From assembly GCA_012295275.1 (NCBI GenBank), contig CM022666.1:2852001-2916000 (forward strand): a stretch of DNA of 64,000 nucleotides, in the 5' to 3' direction. The translations under genes and the position numbers were made by a program. Positions 42,913 through 56,150 of this stretch are shown here, one piece after another. Each line of letters begins with the position of its first letter. Positions within the stretch are counted from its first letter, which is position 1. This DNA comes from Chrysomallon squamiferum (lineage: Eukaryota > Animalia > Mollusca). The notes under the pieces are model-generated. The model had not been told where the DNA came from. It searched no databases and saw nothing but the letters and a program-made list of their open reading frames with translations.

Positions 42913-43935
42913 AAAGACACTCAGACACAAAGAGACACAGATCGAGATTACTAGAAAAAGAAAAATGGATTCAAAGGAACAGCAAGCCAATGAAAAGAAA
43001 CAAATCATTGAGCGGACTTTTTTCCGAGAAAAACGATAACCCAACACTCCGAGTATTTCAGTGACCCAAGAGCTGAATATGACCACGACAGACTTCCCGA
43101 TAAAAAAAGAAAAACACAAAACAATTAAATTTAAATTAATCTAGTCCAGCTGAATGTCCACACACAAAATACCTGACAGAGATAACGTACAAGATTAAGC
43201 CAGGCTGAATTAAAAATGTCCAAACGGGTTGGTTGACATGAAATAATGACAGTAAAAACCCGCTGAACTAGATCGAACGAAGCTGGGAACATTTTAGTGT
43301 TAACAAAATCCAGCGTACAACAATCACTTCGCCACAAACTTAAACATACCGCCGAATATTAAAACGTTAATTTGAATTAAAACGTCTTACAAGTACACAT
43401 AAAACAGTATTCTAAATAAATACATTGTCACATTAACACACACACACATACACACGTACATACAATATAATCAAATTCAAATTCAGTGTAAAAAAAACAA
43501 CAAACAAATATCATATGACACCTATATCTAATACACTACAGAGACATCACACACACAGATATGTAATATAATCTTATACCCAGATACTGTAACGAATACA
43601 CACACACACATATATACATATACATACATACATACACACACACACACAGTAACTGTTGGAAATACTCACAAAGCTTGTGAATCACATGTATGCACTGACA
43701 TCCAAAAGCAGACAACTGAAAACTCAGTAAGAGTTAAAAATATCCTGGAGTATTGGAATCCCAACTAGGCACTAAGAAGGTTGCGCTCAACAACTGACAT
43801 TCGCCTCGAATGACCTGGCTATGCATACAGCACAGATGGGCAGCCTTCTCCCAATAGGTGTGCGAGAAAAATCTAGGTCACACGCCAGAGAGAACGAGTG
43901 AGAGAGAATGAGAAGAGAGAGAGAGCCATACTTAC

Positions 43936-43943
43936 ATATCCAT
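43936..43943 (-). CDS. Candidate coding part of a first exon (ATG GAT AT; Met-Asp-Ile/Met, phase-2 intron follows) of an unidentified large gene
   Basis: The minus strand reads ...CCAGCCAGCC ATG GAT AT|GTAAGTATGG. This is a near-ideal Kozak context (GCC ATG G) followed after 8 nt by a consensus GTAAGT donor (43935-43930). It is the first ATG after a long ATG-free leader in a CpG-rich region. Confidence 0.6.
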
Positions 43944-44316
43944 GGCTGGCTGGTGTGTGGTGACGGCTTTTTTCGCAGCGATAACCGAAAAATTTAAAGG
44001 GGTCCACGCTTCTTCTTCTTTTTTTTTCGTTTTTATTTTTTTATTTTTTTAACCACCACAACAACAACGTCGTTGTCGTCGTTGACAACGGTGCTTGCTT
44101 GCTTGCTTGCTGGAGGGTGACAGAAAAAGGCAGTTAGTTAGTTAGTTAGCTGTTGTTGTTGTTGTTGTTGCAGCTCACTATGCTGGCTTGCTGGTTGAAT
44201 ATGCTCGCTGAATATGCTGGCTGGCTGATGTTTGAGTTGTTGTTGTAGTTGTAGTAGCAGAGACTCTCTATTTGTCGCTGTTCTCGATAATATTATTATT
44301 TTTCAAAAAAAAAAAA

Positions 44317-44349
<33 letters not shown>

Positions 44350-44492
44350 GTAGAAAAATGACTCTGGTCACTAACTCGACTGGCTGGAAGTGAGAGAAAT
44401 GTGTGTGTGTGATAACAAGGAAGGTGTGTGTGTCTAACAGAACAAGCGAAAAGCTAGCAGACAGTAACGGGCAATCTAAGCATGTATCTAGT
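43944..44492 (-). other. Candidate 5' UTR of the minus-strand gene (upstream end approximate)
   Basis: There is no CAT on the plus strand (no minus-strand ATG) from 43944 to 44480. The stretch is CpG-rich, A/C-rich on the minus strand and contains short (CAA)n, (AAGC)n and (TAAC)n runs. It lies between TATA/Inr-like motifs and the Kozak ATG. Confidence 0.5.
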
Positions 44493-44545
44493 GAATCATC
44501 AGACAGAACGTCATGCGCTATTTATAGATCCTTCTCTTTATTGGC
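44490..44545 (-). promoter_or_regulatory. Candidate core promoter: CCAAT, TATA box (also a perfect MEF2 site), half-CRE, Inr-like TTCACT
   Basis: On the minus strand: CCAAT at 44544-44540, CTATAAATAG at 44527-44518, TGACGT at 44513-44508, and TTCACT at 44495-44490, about 34 nt downstream of the TATA start. Confidence 0.4.
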
Positions 44546-45478
44546 TCAGGAACACGGAGAAAGGAAAGAAAGACAAGAGAGAGAGAGAGATAGAGAATCT
44601 TTGCATTAATTTGTTGAGGGGGTTTTTGTGGGGTTTTTTATTCTTTTTTTTTTTTTTTTTTTTTTTTTGTCTCTCTCCTCTTCATTCCCGCCCAAGAATT
44701 TGAACGATTTGCATGGAGAAGTTAAAACAAGACAATGTTTAATTTAAAAGAAAATAATCTTGTACTTTTTTTTTTTTTTTTTCTACATTTCAAACTTGAA
44801 GTTTTGTTGTTTCAGTGTTATGTTTAATTTGATTTTTGAAATGTTTGTGAGATGAAAGAGAATTTTCAAAATTGTTACTGGATCTGTGTTTTTAAATATT
44901 AAATTTAAAAGAAATAATAATAATAATAATAATAAATAATATGATGATACTAGTAGCATTAAAAATATATAAATATGAGAACCATAATGTCTATAATAAA
45001 TAATAATATCAATAAAAAGAGATTATGGCAATAATAATAATAATAGTAATAATATAAAAAAATATTATTATTATTAATATCTCTAATAATATTAATAGTA
45101 GTAGTAAAAACAGTATTATTATTAATACCTTTAACAAAAAACAGTAATAAAAACAACTAGAGCAATGCAACTATTACTAATAACTACAATAATATTACTA
45201 CAAGTATAAAAATAAGTGCCTGAGAAAATTAATAATATAATAATATCTAGAAAACTCAGGTTAATGAGATGAAAAGTTAATCAATAATTGATTACTACAA
45301 CAGTATTATACTTAGTTAAATGAACCTATACATGCATTAGTCACAAGTGCAAATGCTTTAGTTATCTGCATTTTACTTAAATGTAAAATATTTATTCCAT
45401 AGACCCAGTTACAGTATTTTTATTGAATCCTCAAAGCCAATTGATATTAAATTTTGTTTTTATATCATCACCATCATA

Positions 45479-45557
<79 letters not shown>
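45479..45557. repeat. (AAT)n switching to (ATT)n, forming an inverted repeat
   Basis: About 15 AAT units are directly followed by about 11 ATT units. Confidence 0.95.
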
Positions 45558-45560
<3 letters not shown>

Positions 45561-45807
45561 ATTTTTATTATCATCATTATCATTATTAATATTATGGTTT
45601 CTTTTTTATTTAATATTTTTCCAGCAGTGACACTTTTCATTCATCCATCCATCCATCAATCCATTTTTTAGTTAATTATTTATTCATTTAGTCAATCTAT
45701 TATTCCTTCACATCATATTCATATTTATGCTGGGGTGTCACTAGTTATGCAATCATTCTTTTTATGCATGAACACTAAATTAAAGAATTGTGGAACAGAA
45801 TCATAAT

Positions 45808-45862
<55 letters not shown>

Positions 45863-46559
45863 TAATAATAATAAAAGTAATAATAATAAAAATGGTTTTG
45901 TCTTTGAATAATTTTATTTTGAATTTGACTCACATAAGACACTGTCATGGGAAACATAATAATAATAATAACAATGTGTCCATTTGTTTATTTTTCTATG
46001 CAGGTTTTTTGGTATTTTTTTTGGTGTTGTGGTTTTGTTGTTATTGTGATTATTGTTTGAAAGTCCACTGTTCATAGTTACAGGGTTTTTTTTTTTTTTA
46101 TTTTTTTTTCATTTCTTTTATATTTATTCATTGCTTTCTAAAAATATAAAAATAAATAAATAAATACAGCTTTCTAGGAAATAAATAACAAAAAGAGAAG
46201 CAAAGTAAAGTAAAGTAAATCAATAAACAACCAAGAAAGAAACAAATAAAATTAAAATTAAAAATAAAACAACATTAAATTAAATAAGCAAAACAATACA
46301 AATAAAGAACAATTATAAAATCATCCTAAAATAAGAATATCACTAAAAATAAATTCAGTTAATAAAAATAATATAAAAATTCAATATGTAAATAATTCAA
46401 AAATATATAGTAATAAAATAAAATATGTATTATTATTAAAAAATAAAAGCAATCAAATAAAATTTAAAAAATTCTCCCTACTAAAATACTATTAATAATT
46501 GTGATGTAACAAATACAATTTGTCAGCCATTTCTTAATTTAAGCTATAAGTATCACAAT

Positions 46560-47125
46560 GATAAATTTAAATTTTAAATATTTTAAAAGTAAATTATAAT
46601 TTTCACTATGTTTAAATTTAAGTTATTATTTTCTCCATGTTAAATTTAAATTACTATTTTCACTATTTTAAATTTTAATTATTTTACTATGTTAAATTTA
46701 AATTATTTTCACTGTGTTAAATTTAAATTCTAATTTTCACTAAGTTAAATTTAAATTAAATTTTCACTAAGTTAAATTTAAATTATAATTTTCACAATGT
46801 TTGACTAAAATTATTATTATCCCTGTTAAATTTTGATTACTATTTTCACTATTTTGAATTTTAATTACTATTATCATTATTTTAAATTTTAATTATTATT
46901 TTTACTATATTAAACTTAAATTACAATTTTCATGGTTGAATTCAAATCATAACTTTCACTTTTCAAAAATTAAATAAGAATTTTCACTTTCTAAAATTTA
47001 AATTACAATTTTCACTTTCTAAAATTTAAATTACAATTTTCACTGTTACATTTAAATTACAATTTTCGCTTTTTAAAATTCATTTGACACATTTTCACTT
47101 TTTTTAAATATGAATTATAATTTTA
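46560..47125. repeat. Extremely AT-rich ~27-29-bp minisatellite, about 20 copies
   Basis: Unit TTTTCACTATGTTAAATTTAAATTA(C/T)AA, containing the palindrome TTAAATTTAA. Confidence 0.9.
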
Positions 47126-47481
47126 AAAAACCCTGATGACTGTGTTTGAGTGACATACTGAAGTTATAAATCAACAGTTTAGCCGTCAGCTCTGTAAATT
47201 ACTCATCATGCAGGTCAATCAGTCTGCTTTTTATGATCTACTGCAGCCAGATCAACACATCTTTGTTTCAAGAGCCTTTTCTAATAGTGTGTTTCAGTGC
47301 AGGATGAAACAGACATGCACTAATGCATGTGCAGACAGGCATAAAAGATAAAACACACTCAAAGAAATTGAATCACATATATACCTATACGCATAACGTA
47401 AATATGTTATACACACACACATATATATAAAAATTATAAATTTTCTTACGTTAATCTATCTGTATCCTTTATTTTTTACAT

Positions 47482-47517
<36 letters not shown>

Positions 47518-47727
47518 GAAAGAAACAGAAATGAATAATTATGTAAATACACATGCACACAAATATAAAAATTAAAATTTTGTTATATTAATATTTATCT
47601 TCTTTATGTTATACACACATACATGCATGAATGAACAGATGCATGCATGCAAGCATATATTCACATAACATATTCACAATTTTTTCATTAGGGACATCAT
47701 ATAGCATTGCATTATGATTCTACAATG

Positions 47728-47767
<40 letters not shown>

Positions 47768-48058
47768 TAACATACACACACATACACAGTTTCAGGGCAA
47801 AATGTGAAGGATCTATTTTGAACTTTGAAAGAAAAGCTCACTTTCAGTTTCAAAAGGTTATTGTAACTGTGAAGAATGTAACTTGCTTTTTTTGATGAAA
47901 ATATGCTGCATTTTGTGAAAAAACTATTTACCATGTTAGAGATGCATAAAGTTTGTTTTGCATACTGTTCATCAACTGATGGGTTTTTCAAGATTTGGTT
48001 TTTTTAATCATGTTTTGCTAACTAAATATCTTATATATAAATTGTTTTGAATTATGTC

Positions 48059-48115
<57 letters not shown>

Positions 48116-48894
48116 TAATAATAATAATAATAATGATAATAATAACAATAACAATAATAATAGCAATGATATATATATAAAAATAATTTTTTTCCCCTCA
48201 TTTCATAATAAAAATATGTAACATTCCAGCATCCAACAGCATAAATATGAGAATATTACTTACATATATCTTACAACAAAAAAAAAAAAAAAAGGTATTG
48301 GCAAATTTGATGTAATGCACAGAATTGGCATTTTTTTTTTTTCTTTTTTCTTTTTTATATCCTTAAAGAACACTTAATTCAGAAAGAAAAGACAAAGAAA
48401 TGAACTGCTGAAAACGGAATCTGAACCAAATTTGAAATTAAGAAATTTAACAAAAGAAGAGAAACAAGGAAGGATGAAAAATTACAAAGGATGAAATTAA
48501 AAACAGAAAATTATGGAAAAGACACACACACACACACAGAATCATAAAAACACACATTCCTACCATTTACGTCAAAGTCTCTGTAATATTACGAAACGAG
48601 ACACTTGAAACAAACAGACACACAGTGAAAACGGACACTTATGATTCATAATCGAACCAACAGCAGCATCGGCGCATTTACAGCAACATCTTTTATAAAA
48701 CCCACACCCACACCCATTAATCCTCTCCCACAAACGAGAGAAATAAATTCACTTTTATCGATTATGCATATAGCGACTTCTTTCAGCTCTGTAACATGTT
48801 AAAGTGCATGGCCATGTTTCCTGGAAGGTCTAAAGGTCAAACATGATATTTTATAACAGAGGTCAAATAATTTATCTCGTGTCAGTTAAAAATT

Positions 48895-49500
48895 CTACAG
48901 AATCCATTGCTTTATTAAGATTAAGAAATCCATATCTTCTATGTATGTATATATAAAAAAAAAAACATAGAGAATCCATAGATTAAGAAAGAACACGAAA
49001 TCTCCGTATAAAATAATTTCATGTAGAATCCACGTCATATGAAGAATAAGAAATCTATTTAAAATATTTGATAAAATCTATACATTAAAAAAAGATTTCT
49101 CTGTTAGTCAATACATTAAAACACATTCTCTTCACAGATCCATTTATTATTTTTAATATAAATCCTCAGGATTATTTTCTAGAATCTAATTCTCAGAAGA
49201 ATAAAAAAAAACAATTCTGTAAGGAATATCTACAAAAGAATTAATTTTGATAAGGAATGTTCTAAAAACTATTGTCCATAAAATTCCATGCATTTAGATA
49301 AATAAAGGTCCATAAGATATATTGCATAAAATGTGTATACATTATGATGAAAACATTCATACATAATGAAGAATAAGGAATTTACAAGGAATACTGTATA
49401 AATTTGGAAGATATTTATTTTTATAAATATTTCTGTAACATCCACATATTATGAAGAATAAAGATTTCCATGAAATATTCCATAGAATCCATTTATATAA
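48895..49500. repeat. Highly degenerate tandem repeat
   Basis: Recurring TAGAATCCA(T/C) and ATGAAGAATAA motifs. Confidence 0.55.
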
Positions 49501-49916
49501 CAAAAAAAAAAAACCAGCACAGCACCCTACTAAGCATAATGGATTTGGTTTTAAGTGCCATACTGCTAGCTAAAGATAGTGACAATTCAAAATATAATAA
49601 AGACAAACAGAAAGGAATGAAGGAAGGAGAAATTAAAAGTAAAAAAATAAATTAAGAAAGTGAAGGAAAACTGAAAAATTAAGCGAGAAAATTTGAGAAA
49701 ATAAGGAAAGGATGAAAGGAAAAAAATGTATTAAAAGGAAAACTGAAAATTAAGAGAGAAAATTAAGGAAGGAAGGGGGGAAATTTAATTTGAAAGAAAA
49801 TTAAAGAAAAATAAATTGACAAACAATGGAATGAAAGAAAAATAAAGGAACAAAGGAACGATGAAAGAAGTAAACCTGAAGTGTAAAACTGAAAACTGAA
49901 TTAAAATTGGCAAACT

Positions 49917-49947
<31 letters not shown>

Positions 49948-50064
49948 AACAAAAAGATTGAAAGAAAAGAAAAATTTAAAAAATAAAAATGAATGAATGA
50001 TTGAAAGAAAGAAGAAAAACTCAATTTAAAAAAAGCTGAAAATGTTTAATGCGTACACACTTAC

Positions 50065-50140
50065 CTTAAATCTGTGAAGAAAAAAAATCAAAACTGCATA
50101 TGCTTCAGAATCATAAAGGTCCAGTTTAATAAGCAAAAGT
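50065..50140 (-). other. Candidate 76-nt internal (probably UTR) exon
   Basis: Minus-strand acceptor TTTTGATTTTATTTCAG| and donor AAG|GTAAGT are both consensus. Confidence 0.3.
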
Positions 50141-52207
50141 CTGAAATAAAATCAAAATTTGATATTAAATTTGTATTTCTGTGACACAACAGTTTATCAA
50201 AACTAAATGCGCCTGCGACTATTAACATTCTTGTTCATATGTACATGAGAATGTGAACAAGGGGAATAATAGAGATAGCAAGAGAGAGAGAAAAAAAAAG
50301 AGAATAAGCAAGTGAGGAAAAGAAGAAAGGAGAAAGTGAGAGCAAGAATGAAAGAAAAAAAAAATTAAATTTAAAAAAAAAAAAGGCATAATTACTTCCA
50401 ATTAAAACTTTTAAAAGATTTTCATGAAATGTTAAACACTGTCAGGTATTTTACGTCTGGCTTGAAACATTTTGTAGAAGATTCTAAAATATTTTTTAAA
50501 CTCCTGCAGTGCCACAAATGACACTCTCATTAAATTGTTTCACATTATCCTTTTTTTTTAAAAATTATTTAATCTACATCACTGACAGGTATTTGTCAGT
50601 GTTCCAAACAGAAGAATGCCTATTTTCAAAGATGCTGTTCGTGATATAAACTTTTTAATCACTTTTCAAAAACTGAAATAAAAAGAGATAATGGATGGGG
50701 AAGGGGAAAAAAAAAAATCTACTCAAATATAATGAATGGTTCTGAGAGATATAGGCAGAATATAAGAGAGAGAGAAAAAATGAGTCAAAGATGGAAAAAA
50801 AAAAGAAAAATATATATTGAGAGATGGAGATAGAGAGACAGAGAGATATATTTAGACTGATAGAGAAAAAGATAAAGAGATAGAGAGATATACAGAGAGA
50901 GTGACATAAGGAAAATGCACAAAAGAAATTGAAACAAGGAAACAGAAAGAGAAACATACAATGATTCAGGCCAGGAAATACATATTCTTATATATTTTGT
51001 TTTAATATAGAGTTGGATAAATAAATAATTAGCAAGCAATTAATGAAATAAAATTAAAAATCAGACGTATATGTATGTCGCATACATGACATTGCAAATT
51101 CAAACCACAAAAATGACAAAAACAAAAACAGCAACAACTGTACGATCAACAGAATGAAAAAGTTTGACAGACATTGTGTTTCTAGGTGTTAATCAACCTT
51201 TGTGTCAAAATCCAGAATGACACCACATTCCTGTGTGTGTGGAAACTGCATGATGCATGTGCAAACTATGTGTTTTATTATGTTAATAAACAGATGTGAA
51301 TGATCTTTACTAGGATGTCTACAGTCAAAATGTACGTTCAGTCTAATAGTTGATATAATTATTATTAATATTTCACGTTTCCCCTACTTTTTTTTTTTGA
51401 AGAGTATAATAACACAAACTGTAATTTATATAAAAAGATTGTTGATATTTTATACATAATAAACAATAAACTATTTTATAAAAATATTAAAAATTAAAAA
51501 AAGATACTGGATGAACTTTAAGACATTCTGTTTACTAGGATGTCTGTGAAAAAGGTTTTTTTTTTTTGTGTTTTTAAAAAAAATAATAATCAAAGAAGAA
51601 ACCTAAAGATATTCCCAAATGTACACCAAAGTAACAAATGAACATTTTTAATAATTTATTAATTCATCATTAACAAAGATTTTGCATGTCCTGAAAGTTA
51701 ATTAATTGTTCTATCTAATTAGATCACCTTTTTAAAAATTACTTTTCTTTTATCAGTGTGTTGGAAGATAAATTTTCTCGTGCATAGTCAGTGCAAATAT
51801 AATGTTCATCATAAAATAAGATCTTATAAAAAAATATTAATACATATATAAATTAAAATTTCAACACTTTCTTGTTTGTTTTAATAAAGCTTAGACTAAA
51901 AGGAAATACATGTATGTAGTGTAAAATGATTCAGAATGCTGGAAATAAATGAATAAATAAAGATACTTTAAAAATTTTTACAAACTATAAATTAGATACA
52001 TATATGTGTTATAAAAAATTATTTTTAATTTTGCCCTGTTTTTTTCTTGAAAGTAATAACACATATTTGAAATAAACAAATAAACAAATAAATAAATACA
52101 TAAATAAATGTATAAATAAATAAATATATTAAAAAAACAAAAAAAATAAACAAATAAATAAATAAAAACAAACAAATAAATAAATAAAAATAAATAAATA
52201 TATAAAA

Positions 52208-52243
<36 letters not shown>

Positions 52244-52332
52244 AAATTCAAAAATAATAAAATTAAAAAAAATGAATAAACAAACAAACAAACAAATTAA
52301 TTAGTTAATCGGTCAAAAATCTCAAGACGTAC

Positions 52333-52461
52333 CTGTAAGTTTTTATCACACCACAAACAAAACAAATACACGAGTTGTGAAAAGAACAGTTCACACAAAA
52401 TGTTTCACAGACTGATCAATCTTGCAGTGAATCATGAACGCATGACTCAAAGACTGTTACA
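52333..52461 (-). other. Candidate 129-nt non-coding exon
   Basis: Minus-strand T-tract...TGTATCTGGTTTGCAG| acceptor and CAG|GTACGT donor. Only short ORFs inside. Confidence 0.2.
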
Positions 52462-52483
52462 CTGCAAACCAGATACAAGTAAG

Positions 52484-52524
<41 letters not shown>

Positions 52525-53555
52525 AAAATAAAAATAAAATAAAAATAAAAATTTATAATATATTCCGAAAAATTGACACTGATGAGGTCATCTTGTTTAC
52601 TTCGTTTGAACGTCGTCAATGGCAGCAGCAGTGAACTTTTATGACAGTTTTGTGTTCGCTGTTACCACCTGTTTGTTTTGAATGTTCGACAGAATGAGAC
52701 TGATTTAGGAACATTATTTTTTTTTTTGTGTGTGTGTGTGTGCTTGATTTTAGAGTTTTGTGTGTGTGTGTGTGCTTGATTTTAGAGTTTTGTGTGTGTG
52801 TGTGTGTGTATTTAATGAAATTGTTTTCCTGCATTTTATTTAACTGCAGACAGAAATAATATATATATAAATATGTGTGTGTGTGTGTGTGTGTGTGTAT
52901 TTTTAAAAATTAAAATAATAAAAATAAAATAAAAATAAAATAAAAATAAATAAATAAATAAAAATACAAATAAACACTAAAACCAGTAATAATAATAATA
53001 ATAATAATAACTAAATTAATAAACTAAAATCAAATCAAATCAAATAAAAAAATAAAAAAATCATACACACAACATCAGATTAAATTAATGTTTGGTGTAA
53101 TGCTAGAAAATACAAAACAGTTCAATAAAGATAGAATATATCACACTAACATCTGTCTGTATAAATAAACCTCTGTATATCACATTCTGTATGATCTATA
53201 ATATTTCTATAGGCTAAACGTTGAGGTAAGATATATACATATCTATAAAAACTATCAGACTACCAAACAGTTCAATAAAATATAGACCACAGGACTATTA
53301 GATTAATTTCTGTCTTTACAAATAATACTCTGTGCTTTAGATTATTATTATTATAGTAACTTAATATTTCTTTAGCTAATTTGAATTTATAAAAACACAC
53401 ACACACACACAAAATCAGAGGGGATGCTTGAGAAGTGAAACATTTCAAGATTAATCCTTCTTAGAGTAATCAAAGGTTGATATTTCACATTCCATACAGT
53501 GCTGTTCAATTTATTTCTTCAAACCATTGAAATATTAACTCGACATAAATTTTTT

Positions 53556-53588
<33 letters not shown>

Positions 53589-54049
53589 AACCTTGCTGGC
53601 AACAGTAAAAGTAATATAATGTGTGAAGTGATAATGTGGGTTTCTTCTTTCAAAATATTATTACAATATTTCACGTTCCAAATAGTGCTCTTCATTTTTT
53701 TTTTTTTTTTTTTAATCAAACACTGAGGTATACACTTCCCAATGTAAAATATGTTTAAAAAAATCCCTTGCTTGTAATAAAAAAGTAACATAATGTCTGA
53801 TAGTGGGTTTCTTCCTTCATAATTCTATTTCCAATAATATAAATATCATAATTTTATGTGTGACACATGGTAGTCGTTAATAAAGAAAAATATGCGATTG
53901 TCTTAAACAAACATTAAATTACTCTGTAAGTTATGAGGCCCAAATTTAATTGGATGTAAGCAAACAGAATTACAGACTACAGACACAAGTGGACAAAGAA
54001 ATAATCACAAAGAAAGGCAAACAAACTAACAATGACATTTTTTGGCATG

Positions 54050-54575
54050 GCTGTAATAAAATACAGAACATTATTCCCAGAAACATAAATAAAAAAAATA
54101 TATTGTCTAGAAGAAAATAATAAAACTCAGAATACATCATCTAGAACAAAGCAAAAAATGTCACAACATATCCTCTAGAACAAAATAATAATACCCAGAA
54201 TATATCTAATTGTATATCCAGTAATGAAAATGATGATATTAACAGCAATATGATTGATATTAAAAATATCTAGCAATAATATTTCAATTTGCACGGCAAA
54301 GAACATATCGGGTGATATCAAAATAACATAACTTGTAATAACATCAATAATATATAACTTGTGATATTAGAAGTAATATTACTGGTGATATTAACAGTAA
54401 CATAACTGGCGATACAGACTGTAATATAAATAGGGTTTATTAACAGCAATATTGTGATATTTACATGAATTATTATTTGTAATATAAAAAGTGACATTAA
54501 TGGTAACATAACTTGTAATATTAACAATAATATAACTGATAATATTAACAGTAATATATACACACATTTCTAATA
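54050..54575. repeat. Two adjacent degenerate AT-rich tandem repeats
   Basis: TCTAGAA.AAA units (about 54100-54210) are followed by GT(G/A)ATATTAACAGTAATATAACT-type units (about 54225-54575). Confidence 0.7.
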
Positions 54576-54927
54576 ATATAATCAGTTATTTACCCTTTAG
54601 ATTATCTATGTCGCCATTAATATGATTAATGCTGTATGCCTATTAATACCGTTTGATAAAAATAAATCTACACATATTACAGTAATATTCATGAAATATT
54701 TTGGTAAGACCATCCAGGGATGTTATTAAAACACACAATACAAAGCTGGAGGGGGGGGGACACATCCTCTAAATGACCTGTTGGTGCTGTCACCTGTGGG
54801 GACAAAAGTTGACTAAGTAAAACTTACTGAGAGAATCTGTCATTGATATTTCAGTTCAGGAAATTTTTTTTTTTTTTTTTTTTTTTTTATACGCCTTCTC
54901 CTAGGAACATTATTCAAAGGGTCAGAC

Positions 54928-54946
54928 TGGCCTACAGGTGGCGCTG
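54928..54946 (+). promoter_or_regulatory. CTCF-like motif
   Basis: TGGCCTACAGGTGGCGCTG versus consensus TGGCCACCAGGTGGCGCTG (2 mismatches), in a CpG-rich patch. Confidence 0.45.
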
Positions 54947-55387
54947 TCAACTACAAATGGCTGTCGTATTTAGCAACAACAAACAGTGGTCATCACTCGA
55001 CAAATATCAAGTTTGTCTGAGCAAATTTTAGCCCGAGTTGTGCAAATAAATGCGACTGAATGCACGGGTTCATAGACGCAATATTTCAGCTTGTCAACCA
55101 GTGTAAAAACAGACAGGGCCATCGAGAAAATTACCTGTAAGCCTTCCCAGCATGCATGCGTCGAGGGAACTTCACAATGTGTTACCAAAGTTGTCGGATG
55201 ATCACAAAATAATTTTATTTTATTTAAAAAAAAATAAAAAAAAAGTTGCCTGCAAGATAAGTGTGTGATGTAGTGTTACAGACTGTGAGAGAAGAGTTAT
55301 TGTAATAAATAGAAAATAAAATGAAGAGTTATTATTATTATTATTATTATTTTTCTTTTTTTGACCGACAGTAGAATACATTTGTTT

Positions 55388-55404
55388 TTAAACAGTTCTA
55401 AGAA

Positions 55405-55482
<78 letters not shown>
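55388..55482. repeat. (CT)n microsatellite, about 47 units
   Basis: Read directly. Confidence 0.95.
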
Positions 55483-55489
<7 letters not shown>

Positions 55490-55797
55490 CAAAAATGAAA
55501 TAATTGACTTTGCCAATGCTAAATGAACAATTCGACAAATGACATGTGCATCACACCTTCCACTGGGCAAATGGAAAAACAAAATTTATTATGTCATAAA
55601 GTTTGTCACTAAATGTCCCCTGAACACTGATTTATGCACTAAGCAGAGTGCAAATCCAATTCCTAAATATAATTAAGTCTGCAAGAATTTCTCACAGCGT
55701 TTGGAATTGGTTATTTCAAAAGAGAGAATTTGTTTTCATATCTATCTTTAAACAGAGATAAATTATTTAGATAGAGAAGTAAATAGATGGATGGATG

Positions 55798-55864
<67 letters not shown>

Positions 55865-55950
55865 GGACAGACAAGTAGATGGATAGGTTGGTGGATGGAT
55901 GGATGGATGGAGGAAAAGATAGAGAGTAAAAGCAGAGAAAAAGGGTTAGT

Positions 55951-55992
<42 letters not shown>

Positions 55993-56136
55993 CACACTCC
56001 ATCTACCTAACAACCAACACAAATTTGAACATGAGGAAAGCCAAAAAAACAAAAAAAAAGAGAGCAAATATGATAAGAACCAAAACGGAAACAATATCAG
56101 ACCATTTGTACTAAAAATACACGTTTCACATGAACT

Positions 56137-56150
56137 GTTGCCATGGCAGC
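56137..56150. promoter_or_regulatory. RFX X-box-like motif
   Basis: GTTGCCATGGCAGC, one mismatch from GTTGCCATGGCAAC. Confidence 0.35.

Noticed and set aside
44070-44082. TCGTTGTCGTCG resembling the start of miR-981
   Set aside because: Only a 12-nt match within (GTT/GTC) low-complexity sequence; the rest does not match and there is no pre-miRNA-length hairpin.
50433-50460. miR-8/miR-141-like sequence AACACTGTCAGGTA
   Set aside because: The 3' part diverges from the mature miRNA and there is no complementary 5' arm upstream.
50580-50601. Hairpin CACTGACA-GGTATT-TGTCAGTG
   Set aside because: An isolated 8-bp stem is expected by chance, and there is no Helitron CTRR end or other context.
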